Notes under the pieces: model-generated
What the model was told of the DNA's origin: nothing
The model's input: only the letters and a program-made list of their open reading frames with translations
Databases searched by the model: none
Translations under genes and position numbers: made by a program
In this document: one piece after another, positions 27,823 through 35,528 of the stretch
Layout: each line of letters opens with the position of its first letter
Numbering within the stretch: position 1 is the stretch's first letter
Origin: Acholeplasmatales bacterium DTU056
GTDB lineage: Bacteria > Bacillota_I > Bacilli_A > ML615J-28 > CAG-698
Assembly: GCA_001512985.1 (NCBI GenBank)
Contig: LFRX01000046.1
Span: forward strand, 28,302-63,829
DNA: 35,528 nucleotides
Direction: 5' to 3'

Positions 27823-29694
27823 TTATTCTTCTTCTGGAAAATAAATATCACCATTTAAACGAACTTCAGTACGTGGCGATAATGATAAATCTAATATTTT
27901 TACTCCCTCTGGAGAACTCAAGCGTTTATATTGTTGGGAATAGAAACGTTTATAAAAGTTTTTAACGTATTTATGAGCTTCTTGTTCGGTTAAGTTAAAT
28001 CCTTTAGTTAGTAAATAAGTAATACGACTTGGACTATCACCATTTTTTAAGAAACGATATAAAATAAAGTCATTAATTTCATATTTTCCAATAATATCTT
28101 CAGTTTTTTGATCTTTAGCTAATTCTGGTGAAATCGGTAAATTAATTACTTCATCTAATATGTCACTTACTTCTGGATAAATTTCTTTATAATATTCAAC
28201 AGTTTTTCTAACAACAGTTTTAGTTAATCCAACATTTATATCATACATAGCCATATGATCAGCATTGAAGGTCATCCATCCTAATGCAAGTTCGGACATA
28301 TCAGTTGTTCCTATGACAATAGCTTGATTTAAGTTAGCTAAGTTCATTAAAATCATTGTTCGATATCGTGCTTGGACATTTTCATAGGTAATGTCTTTTT
28401 CGGTTTTAGAATGGCCGATTTGCAATAAAATCGGATCAATATTATCATTAATATTAATTTCTTTTGCAGTTACCTTTAATCCTTGCATTAATTTGCGTGC
28501 AAGAGTTAAAGTATTTTGACTAGTATTTTCCGTCGGTAACGTTACCGCAATAATCCCTTTACGATCGAAGCCATATTTATCAAAAGCATAACATAAAGAA
28601 AGTAGGGCTAATGTTGAATCAAGGCCGCCGGATACTCCTAAAACAACTTTTTTAATTCCGATATAATCTAATCTTTTTTTGATACTTGCAGCTTGTATAT
28701 TAATTATTTTTTGAAAAGCTTCTTTTTCTTTTGGAACAAATGGCAACAACTCAAAATATTTTTCGAAAACATAGTCTTTAGTTTTTAATATTTGATATTC
28801 TACTTCTTGATATGCAGTATCACGTAATTGATCTTGAACAATTTTATACCATGAATTATTCACACGGGCAAATTTTAAGTAGCTTATGTCAATATCGCCA
28901 TAGATAATTTCATCACTTGAATTAAATGAATCGGATTCATTAATAATTTCCCCATTTTGTGAAATGATTTTATGTCCTGAAAAGACTACTTCGCTTGTGG
29001 ATTCAGTTTTGCTAGTAGAACTGTAGATATAAGCTCCATTCCATTTGTAACTTGCGGATTGGATGATTAGTCTACGGGCTTTTTCTTTTCCGACATAGTC
29101 GTTGCTAGCAGAGGAATTGAAGATTAAAAGGGCACCGTTAGCATATAGTTTATCGTGTGGTGATATTGGAGCCCATAAATCTGCACAAATTTCTACTCCA
29201 AATTTTACTTCATGATTTTGATCAACAAAAATTATTTTTCCAAATGGAACTTCTTTTCCTAAAAAAGTTACCTTGTGAACTTGTTCCATTATTTCCATTC
29301 CCGAATTAAACCAGCGTGTTTCATAAAACTCATTTGAATGTGGCAAGTATACTTTTGGAACAATTCCTAGTATTTTATCTTTTTGAATGACGAAACTACA
29401 ATTATACATTACATCATTATATCTAAATAATCCCCCAAGAATAATAACTCCTTCATATGGGTTATTTTTTAAAAAATATGCAATGGCTTGACAACTTAAA
29501 TCATATAAATATGTTTGATAAATCAAATCACCAACTGAATAACCTGAAACGGCTAATTCAGGAAAACAAGCAAATGAAGCTTTATTATTAATTTGTTCTA
29601 AAGTTTTAATAATTTGTTTAACATTAAAAAAGGGGTCGCCAACACGAACTGTTGGTGATACTGACGCTACTTTAACAAAACCCTGTGAATACAT
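27823..29694 (-). CDS. nadE: Glutamine-dependent NAD+ synthetase (CN-hydrolase + NAD synthetase domains)
   Basis: 623 aa. It has an N-terminal nitrilase-like domain (FPELAVSGY, EICADLW) and a C-terminal PP-loop LGVSGGLDST. Confidence 0.88.
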   Translation of the reverse strand: MYSQGFVKVASVSPTVRVGDPFFNVKQIIKTLEQINNKASFACFPELAVSGYSVGDLIYQTYLYDLSCQAIAYFLKNNPYEGVIILGGLFRYNDVMYNCSFVIQKDKILGIVPKVYLPHSNEFYETRWFNSGMEIMEQVHKVTFLGKEVPFGKIIFVDQNHEVKFGVEICADLWAPISPHDKLYANGALLIFNSSASNDYVGKEKARRLIIQSASYKWNGAYIYSSTSKTESTSEVVFSGHKIISQNGEIINESDSFNSSDEIIYGDIDISYLKFARVNNSWYKIVQDQLRDTAYQEVEYQILKTKDYVFEKYFELLPFVPKEKEAFQKIINIQAASIKKRLDYIGIKKVVLGVSGGLDSTLALLSLCYAFDKYGFDRKGIIAVTLPTENTSQNTLTLARKLMQGLKVTAKEININDNIDPILLQIGHSKTEKDITYENVQARYRTMILMNLANLNQAIVIGTTDMSELALGWMTFNADHMAMYDINVGLTKTVVRKTVEYYKEIYPEVSDILDEVINLPISPELAKDQKTEDIIGKYEINDFILYRFLKNGDSPSRITYLLTKGFNLTEQEAHKYVKNFYKRFYSQQYKRLSSPEGVKILDLSLSPRTEVRLNGDIYFPEEE

Positions 29695-30266
29695 TAATGT
29701 TCCTCCTTATATAAATTATTCTTTTCAATATATTGTTGGACTTCTGGTAATAAATATTCTTTTGATTTTGCTTTTCGATATAATGAAGAGGAAATATCAA
29801 TTTGATCAAAATCATCAATTATAATAAAATTATCCCGATATTTATTTAAAATCTCATTTTCTGAAAATACTTTTTCTAGATTAATATGATCGCGAGGGAA
29901 AACAATAAATTTATTCTCAATAACAACATCTGGATATTTAATCCATGAAGAGATTGTTAATAGATTGTCCGCCCCTAAAACAAAATAGGCACCAGAAAAG
30001 TGTTTTAATGTATGATATGTTCCTAGATATTGTTTTTGTTGATTTTCAAAATCTGAAACACTTACATTTGGTCCTAATTTTTTGGCCATTATTTCAAGCA
30101 TCGCATAGCGATGATGAAACGCTTCTTTAGCACCTTTGGCATAAAAAGAGGCTGTTGGTAAAAATATAAGTTTACTGTTAGGGAATTTGGTAATTAAGTG
30201 TTTGGCAATTAAGTAATGAGCAATGGTTGGGGGATTAAATGTCCCCCCATAAATAATGGTCATCAT
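29694..30266 (-). CDS. nadD: Nicotinate-nucleotide adenylyltransferase
   Basis: 190 aa with the nucleotidyltransferase motif YGGTFNPPTIAH and ISSSLYR. It overlaps nadE by 1 nt. Confidence 0.85.
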   Translation of the reverse strand: MMTIIYGGTFNPPTIAHYLIAKHLITKFPNSKLIFLPTASFYAKGAKEAFHHRYAMLEIMAKKLGPNVSVSDFENQQKQYLGTYHTLKHFSGAYFVLGADNLLTISSWIKYPDVVIENKFIVFPRDHINLEKVFSENEILNKYRDNFIIIDDFDQIDISSSLYRKAKSKEYLLPEVQQYIEKNNLYKEEH

Positions 30267-30302
30267 TAGTATTATCTCCTTACTAAATCATTGACACTAA
30301 TA

Positions 30303-31550
30303 TTATATCATATATGATTTAAATTTTCGACCTCTTTCCTCATAGTTTTTAAATTGGTCTTGACTACTTGAGCCGGGTGAAAACAAAATAATCTCTTCGT
30401 AAACTTCATTTTCATATAAATATTTTACTACTTCTTCTAAATTATGAAAAGTAACTGCATTAATTTTTTTATTTTGAAAATATTCCAAAAATACATTTCT
30501 ATTTTCTCCAAAAATTAATACTTTATTTACATTCCCAATAGCATCATCTAAAAAACTAAAATTATCTTCTCGATATTTTCCACCACAAATCAATAACACT
30601 CGCTCACTTGGAAAAGCTTCTAATGCATGCCTTAATGCAAAAAGATTGGTAGATTTAGAATCATTATATACTTTGCTGTTTTTAAATTGGCAAACATATT
30701 CAATTCGATGTTCAATTCCTTGAAACGATTTAATAGTATTACGAATTATTTCATTATCAATATTTAATATTTTACAAATAGCAATGCTTGCTAAAATATT
30801 TTCGATATTATGCATTCCCAGTAACTTGATTTCATCTAATGAAATAATATATTGATTTTGAAAATATAAATGTTTTCCGATTAAATATGCTCCATTAGTA
30901 ATTTTAGTTTTGGAAAAAGGTACTTTTATCGCTTTACTTTTTTTTGCTATTTTGGCAACTATTTTATCATCAAGATTATATACTACAAAATCTTGAGCAG
31001 TTTGATTCTTAAACAAATTTTGTTTTGCTTTTCTATAATTAGCAAATGTTTTGTGATGATCAAGATGGGCAGTCGTTAGATTTAAAATGCAAGCAATATA
31101 AGAATGATAATCTTTTATATATTCTAACATAAAACTAGATGCCTCAATTAGTAAATCACTATCATCATTAGAATAATTAAAAATTGGAATACCAATATTA
31201 CCACCCAAAAAATATTTTTTATTCGCATTTTTTAATATTTCATGAGTTAATGTCACAGTGGTCGTTTTACCATTTGACCCGGTAATAGTAATATATTTTT
31301 TGTGTGGATAAAAACTATAAAAAAACTCTAAATCAGTTACGATTGGGATTTTTAAAATTTTCGCTTGTTCAATTAGAAAATGCTCATTAGATATTCCTGG
31401 ACTTTTAATTATCATATTAATGTTATTTAATTGTATTAATTGTGTATACTCTGCTACATTATCATCATAAACAATATACGGTAAATTATTTTTTTGTAAA
31501 AAATTAGCTACTGCCTGATTTGCTATACCATAACCAAGTAATAAATACAT
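30303..31550 (-). CDS. murD: UDP-N-acetylmuramoylalanine--D-glutamate ligase
   Basis: 415 aa Mur ligase with P-loop ITGSNGKTTT, HRIEYV and DSKSTN, downstream of mraY. Confidence 0.88.
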   Translation of the reverse strand: MYLLLGYGIANQAVANFLQKNNLPYIVYDDNVAEYTQLIQLNNINMIIKSPGISNEHFLIEQAKILKIPIVTDLEFFYSFYPHKKYITITGSNGKTTTVTLTHEILKNANKKYFLGGNIGIPIFNYSNDDSDLLIEASSFMLEYIKDYHSYIACILNLTTAHLDHHKTFANYRKAKQNLFKNQTAQDFVVYNLDDKIVAKIAKKSKAIKVPFSKTKITNGAYLIGKHLYFQNQYIISLDEIKLLGMHNIENILASIAICKILNIDNEIIRNTIKSFQGIEHRIEYVCQFKNSKVYNDSKSTNLFALRHALEAFPSERVLLICGGKYREDNFSFLDDAIGNVNKVLIFGENRNVFLEYFQNKKINAVTFHNLEEVVKYLYENEVYEEIILFSPGSSSQDQFKNYEERGRKFKSYMI

Positions 31551-31565
31551 ATTTTTTTCTCCTTT

Positions 31566-32537
31566 TTAAAAATAATATACTGCTAAACTAATACCGATAA
31601 ATGCGCTAAGGAGCGCTAAAAACCAAAACAATAAATCAACTTGCCATTCACTTAATCCTTTTAACTCAAAGTGATGATGAAGAGGACTCATTAAAAAAAT
31701 TCGTTTTCCTTTAGTCATTTTAAAATATAGGACTTGAATAATTACTGAAAAAGTTTCTAATACAAAAACAAATCCTAATATTATTAATAATATTTCTACT
31801 TTTAATATAATCGCAATATTGGCAATACTTGCCCCTAAGGCTAACGAACCAGCATCTCCCATAAAAATTTTAGCTGGATGAAAATTATAGCATAAAAACG
31901 CTGTAATTGCTCCAATTAAGGCTAAGCCATAAATCATCAAATACTTATCCTCAAAGTAACTAGCAATAATTACTAATGATAATAATGTTACGATTACTAG
32001 TCCTCCGGCAAGTCCATCAAGTCCGTCAGTAATATTTACTGCATTAGAACATGCGATAAATATTAATAGCATCCATACTCCATATAGCCATTTAATGTCT
32101 ACTTCATAGCCAAAAAAGTTTATTGTGGTGAAAAGATTATTTTTTAGGAAAAAATAGAAATGGAGTGTTGCAAAGACAATTTGTAAAATGATTTTTTGAC
32201 GTGGAAGTAAACCTTGATTGTTCTTTTTGACAACAATTAAGTAGTCATCTAAAAAACCTATTAAACAATAAGCAATGGTCGGAAAACAAATTAAGAAGGC
32301 ATATTTAAAATTTGTCATCTGGTGTGAGAATAAAATATAAAAAAATGTAATAATACTACCCAAAACAATTAAACACCCACCCATAGTAGGTATTCCTTGT
32401 TTTTTAAAGTGTTCTTTTGGTCCTTCTTGGCGAACCATTTGCCCAAAGCGAATATATCGTAAATATGGAATAAAAATCAAAAGCAACAAAACTGTAATCA
32501 TTAAGCTTATAGCTAACGTCTCTAGATAAATATCCAT
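31566..32537 (-). CDS. mraY: Phospho-N-acetylmuramoyl-pentapeptide transferase
   Basis: 323 aa polytopic protein with motifs GFLDDYLIVVKKNNQG, NAVNITDGLDGLAGG and SPLHHHFELKG. Confidence 0.95.
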   Translation of the reverse strand: MDIYLETLAISLMITVLLLLIFIPYLRYIRFGQMVRQEGPKEHFKKQGIPTMGGCLIVLGSIITFFYILFSHQMTNFKYAFLICFPTIAYCLIGFLDDYLIVVKKNNQGLLPRQKIILQIVFATLHFYFFLKNNLFTTINFFGYEVDIKWLYGVWMLLIFIACSNAVNITDGLDGLAGGLVIVTLLSLVIIASYFEDKYLMIYGLALIGAITAFLCYNFHPAKIFMGDAGSLALGASIANIAIILKVEILLIILGFVFVLETFSVIIQVLYFKMTKGKRIFLMSPLHHHFELKGLSEWQVDLLFWFLALLSAFIGISLAVYYF

Positions 32538-32547
32538 AGTTTATCCC

Positions 32548-34449
32548 TTAGTTTGTATATAATATAACGAACCCATTTTCAACAATCTTCTCTCCTGGGT
32601 TTGGTGCTTGAGCAATTACCGTATCGCCATTTCCAACAATTTTAAATTTGTAATATGGATGTAGTGGAATAGAGGCTACTTTTTGGCCAATATAGTTTTC
32701 AACTTTATATGTAAATTTATCTAATACCCAACGTGGTTGAAATTCAATTCCACCAGGTTGTTTTGGTATTTTTAAAATCGTTAATGATTCCGCCATAATT
32801 TCTCTAACCAACGGCGCAACTACTATTCCTCCATATTGAATCGTATTTTTGGGATTAAACATTGCCATATAAATCGTTATTTGTGGATCGTTCATTGGTG
32901 CCATTCCCAAATAGGAAATAATATATTTATCAGATAAATATACTCCACCCTCAGGAACTTGGGCAGTTCCTGTTTTACCACCAACTCGATATCCCTCAAC
33001 ATGTCCTCCTCTAGCTGTTCCTAGTGTTGCTACTCTTTCTAATGCTTCGCGAACAATAGCACTAGTTTCAGGAGTAACAATTCCTGTTCGAATAGTCTTC
33101 GTTTCATTTTGAAAAATTAAAGTTTGTGTGTTTGGTATGCCAAATCCTTTTAAAATATAAGGTTGATTTAATGTTCCATCATTACATGCCGCATTAATCG
33201 CATTTACTAGTTGAATTGCTGTAATGGTATTTCCTTGACCAAAACTTGAGGTCGCTAATTCAACATTGTTAATTTTATCTTTTTCAAAAACGATTCCCGT
33301 ACTTTCCCCAAGTAAATCTACCCCAGTTTTTTCTCCGAAACCAAACTTTTCTAGATATTCAAAGAATTTATCTTTACCTAAACGGAAAACTATCTCCATT
33401 AGTCCAGGGTTACATGAATTTTGTAATACTTCAAAGAAAGTTTGATGACCATGGCCACCAGCCCGCCAGTCATTAATTCTTGTACCATCAACAATCCGAT
33501 ATCCTGGATCATAAAATGTTTCCGTAGGACTAAATACTTTCTCATTAATCCCCGCCGCAAACGTAATCACCTTAAATACTGATCCTGGTTCATATGATTT
33601 CCAAATTGGTAAGTTACGATTGTATAATTCTTGAGGATAATCTTGATAATTAACTAAATCAAAGTTCGGACGGCTTGCAATTGCTAATATTTCGGATGTC
33701 TTCGGATGCATTACTATTGCCCATATTTCATCAGGTTGATAGCGCTCCATTGCATTATCTAAAACTCGTTCTAAAACAATTTGAATGTCTAAATCAATTG
33801 TCAAATATAAATCAAGCCCTCGATTTGGAGCAACATAATGCCCATATTGGAATAGAAACTTATTCCCATGAGCATCAGTAAAAATTTTATTTGCGCCGCT
33901 ACTTCCTTTTAAATATGCATCATATATGTACTCTAATCCAGTAATTCCTTGATTATCTATGCCAGTAATTCCAATCGTGTGACTTAATAGATTTCCATAT
34001 GGATAGTATCTTACAGTATCACTGGCAATATAGACTCCATCTAACTTCTCTTTTGCAATTTTCTTAGCAACTTCTAATGATAAATGTCTTCCTGCTGGTT
34101 TTATTATTTCAACAGAAACATTTTTTTCAAAATGCTTGCGAATATCTTCTTCATTCCGCTCTAATACTTCAGCTAAAAATTTAATTGCCCGTTCTTTTTC
34201 TTTTACTTGTTTTGGAATAATTACTACAGTTGGCGCTAATTTATTTCCAACTATTAATTTCCCATTACGATCATAAATATTTCCACGTTGTCCATCAACT
34301 GGAATATCTCGTGTCCATAATTCATAAGCTCGTTCCAATAAAGCAGTTCCTTTAACAACTTGGACATAACCTAACCTTAAAGTCAATGCAAAAATTCCGA
34401 CAACCATTAACACTAAAATTCCAATCATTCGCGCTCTTACTTTTCGCAC
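32548..34449 (-). CDS. Class B penicillin-binding protein (PBP2B/SpoVD-like) with one C-terminal PASTA-like domain
   Basis: 633 aa with a GTG start and an N-terminal TM anchor. Transpeptidase motifs are SVFK (SxxK), SCN (SxN) and KTGTA (KTG). The C-terminal approximately 60 aa (YIGQKV...GDTVIAQAPNPGEKI) is PASTA-like. Confidence 0.9.
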   Translation of the reverse strand: MRKVRARMIGILVLMVVGIFALTLRLGYVQVVKGTALLERAYELWTRDIPVDGQRGNIYDRNGKLIVGNKLAPTVVIIPKQVKEKERAIKFLAEVLERNEEDIRKHFEKNVSVEIIKPAGRHLSLEVAKKIAKEKLDGVYIASDTVRYYPYGNLLSHTIGITGIDNQGITGLEYIYDAYLKGSSGANKIFTDAHGNKFLFQYGHYVAPNRGLDLYLTIDLDIQIVLERVLDNAMERYQPDEIWAIVMHPKTSEILAIASRPNFDLVNYQDYPQELYNRNLPIWKSYEPGSVFKVITFAAGINEKVFSPTETFYDPGYRIVDGTRINDWRAGGHGHQTFFEVLQNSCNPGLMEIVFRLGKDKFFEYLEKFGFGEKTGVDLLGESTGIVFEKDKINNVELATSSFGQGNTITAIQLVNAINAACNDGTLNQPYILKGFGIPNTQTLIFQNETKTIRTGIVTPETSAIVREALERVATLGTARGGHVEGYRVGGKTGTAQVPEGGVYLSDKYIISYLGMAPMNDPQITIYMAMFNPKNTIQYGGIVVAPLVREIMAESLTILKIPKQPGGIEFQPRWVLDKFTYKVENYIGQKVASIPLHPYYKFKIVGNGDTVIAQAPNPGEKIVENGFVILYTN

Positions 34450-34506
34450 AGTATCTCTACCCCTTATCGTTACATTATATGAACTAACCTTTTACATAAT
34501 ACAAAA

Positions 34507-34544
34507 TAAAAAAGCGTTTTAAAATTATTCAAAACGCTTTTTTG
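34507..34544. terminator. Bidirectional-looking terminator upstream of the PBP gene
   Basis: Stem AAGCGTTTT (34512-34520) pairs with AAAACGCTT (34531-34539) across a 10-nt loop. It is flanked by an A-run and a T-run, and ends the decayed paralog array on the minus strand. Confidence 0.65.
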
Positions 34545-34571
34545 CTATTCAATATACTAAGCCAAATTTTT

Positions 34572-34805
34572 TTATAGTATTCGCATACAAATAAGATATT
34601 GATAATCTAGATTTTTAACGATTTCAAAAACATTTCATATTCTTTCACTTCTAAGAATTTTAGGAGTATTTAAAATATGTAGCTTTTGGTCTTTAGAAGC
34701 AATATCCACTTAAATAGTTTTTCTTATCATTCTGATGTAATTTACGAAACCAGCAATTATAAATTGGAAAAGATAAAACTATTTTTATGATAATCAACAA
34801 AGCAT
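34572..34805 (-). pseudogene. Heavily decayed copy (A) of a small membrane-anchored TPR-like gene
   Basis: Fragments lie in shifting minus-strand frames: a TM-like piece FYLFQFIIAGFVNYI, LEVKEYEM, FEIVKNLDYQ. They match copies B and C in order (catttcatattcttt is shared at nucleotide level). Several stops and at least one frameshift are present. Confidence 0.35.
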
Positions 34806-34908
34806 ATTCCTTTGTGATATATATTTAAGATAATAAAATTATTTTAATCAATATAAAATATTAAACACAAAAATTATTCATAAGTTCTCATATTAAAATT
34901 ACTAATAA

Positions 34909-34948
34909 TAAAAAAATGCTTGCTTTAAATATATATCTAAGCAAGCAT
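34909..34948 (-). terminator. Rho-independent terminator retained after pseudogene copy B
   Basis: Stem ATGCTTGCTT (34916-34925) pairs with AAGCAAGCAT (34939-34948) across a 13-nt loop. TTTTTTT follows on the minus strand. Confidence 0.6.
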
Positions 34949-34979
34949 TAATATATAATTTATTCAATTTATTATAAAG

Positions 34980-35236
34980 TTAGTCCTTAATTATTTCTTC
35001 TTGCTTCTTTTTTAATAGAATTTCTTTAATATTTAATATATGTGTGTGCGCATCTTGATAATCTAGAATTTTCTCAAACTAACTTAAATCTTTTTCATAC
35101 TCATTTGCGTCTAAATGTGTTAAACCAGCTTCATATATTTTTGGTTTTTACTCTTCTTCTAGTATAGTTTCTTTATTATACTGTTTTAAAAACACTATTG
35201 CAAATGAATGTGGAATAATAGATAATACTATTATTT
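34980..35236 (-). pseudogene. Copy B of the small TPR-like gene, with two in-frame nonsense codons
   Basis: A single minus-strand frame reads IIVLSIIPHSFAIVFLKQYNKETILEEE*KPKIYEAGLTHLDANEYEKDLS*FEKILDYQDAHTHILNIKEILLKKKQEEIIKD*. TAA is at 35148-35150 and TAG at 35079-35081. It is colinear with copy C (AYEIGLKYLEEKEYEMALKMFEKIPDYRDSKLHILNIQEIL). Confidence 0.55.
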
Positions 35237-35341
35237 AAATAAATTTGATTAATGATTTTTATTTATTTTTTTATATATTTATTAAAAAATTCAATCAAAA
35301 ACTTTTAAAAATATCTCTTATGAATCTTATGTACGTTAAAT

Positions 35342-35528
35342 TTATTCGCTTATTTGATCAATTTTTTTTATTAATTCTTCTTTTTCACGTTTAATTAAGA
35401 TTTCTTGAATATTTAAAATGTGCAATTTTGAGTCACGATAATCAGGAATTTTTTCGAACATTTTTAACGCCATTTCATATTCTTTTTCTTCAAGATATTT
35501 TAAACCTATTTCGTATGCTTTAATTCTA
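35342..35528 (-). CDS. Copy C: C-terminal 61 codons of a small TPR-like protein (gene continues beyond the window end)
   Basis: The minus-strand frame is open to the window edge: RIKAYEIGLKYLEEKEYEMALKMFEKIPDYRDSKLHILNIQEILIKREKEELIKKIDQISE*, with the stop at 35342-35344. It is not in the ORF track because it is truncated. The pattern resembles the Y..A..L...G.Y.EA...F..L.DYKDS TPR-like repeat common in Firmicutes. Confidence 0.5.
   Translation of the reverse strand, partial: RIKAYEIGLKYLEEKEYEMALKMFEKIPDYRDSKLHILNIQEILIKREKEELIKKIDQISE

Noticed and set aside
35079-35150. In-frame TAA and TAG in paralog copy B as programmed readthrough or recoding.
   Set aside because: TAA and TAG terminate normal genes throughout the window. 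A neighbouring copy (A) is clearly decayed by frameshifts. Simple pseudogenisation therefore explains the data.

Overview
AT-rich window (roughly 30% G+C by eye; standard code, TGA is a stop) of core chromosome from a low-GC, endospore-forming Firmicute. I cannot name the species from sequence alone. Genes are tightly packed, and every confident gene except sigK is on the minus strand. In coordinate order: dnaJ (partial)-dnaK-grpE-hrcA behind a consensus sigma-A promoter flanked by two CIRCE-like operators; a frame-broken membrane-fusion-protein-like relic; an MBL hydrolase and glcK; a YlmC/YmxH gene; a reduced rsfS-yqeK-yqeH-yqeG operon; an uninterrupted pro-sigma-K gene (plus strand); asnA; an unusual ROK-like kinase; greA; the tRNA-modification trio yrrO/yrrN/trmR-like; an NprR-sized XRE-TPR regulator; a DUF45 zinc peptidase co-oriented with spoIVFB-like and spoIVFA-like genes; radC; a SPOR-like membrane protein; folC; an 880-aa soluble hybrid histidine kinase; valS with a Val T-box leader; nadE-nadD; murD-mraY-class B PBP; and a tandem array of three small TPR-like paralogs, two of them decayed. 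I found no CRISPR array, tRNA/rRNA gene, transposase or obvious defence island. The most interesting items are: (1) a pro-sigma-K processing module whose SpoIVFB lacks the CBS domain and is co-operonic with a third metallopeptidase, next to an XRE-TPR regulator; (2) an orphan PAS-HisKA-HATPase-REC-HPt kinase inserted in the normally contiguous valS-folC junction, with a 13-nt direct repeat over its -35 region; (3) an unassigned GC-elevated structured intergenic element upstream of ylmC/ymxH. All functional calls rest on motif and synteny recognition by eye. No database search was run.
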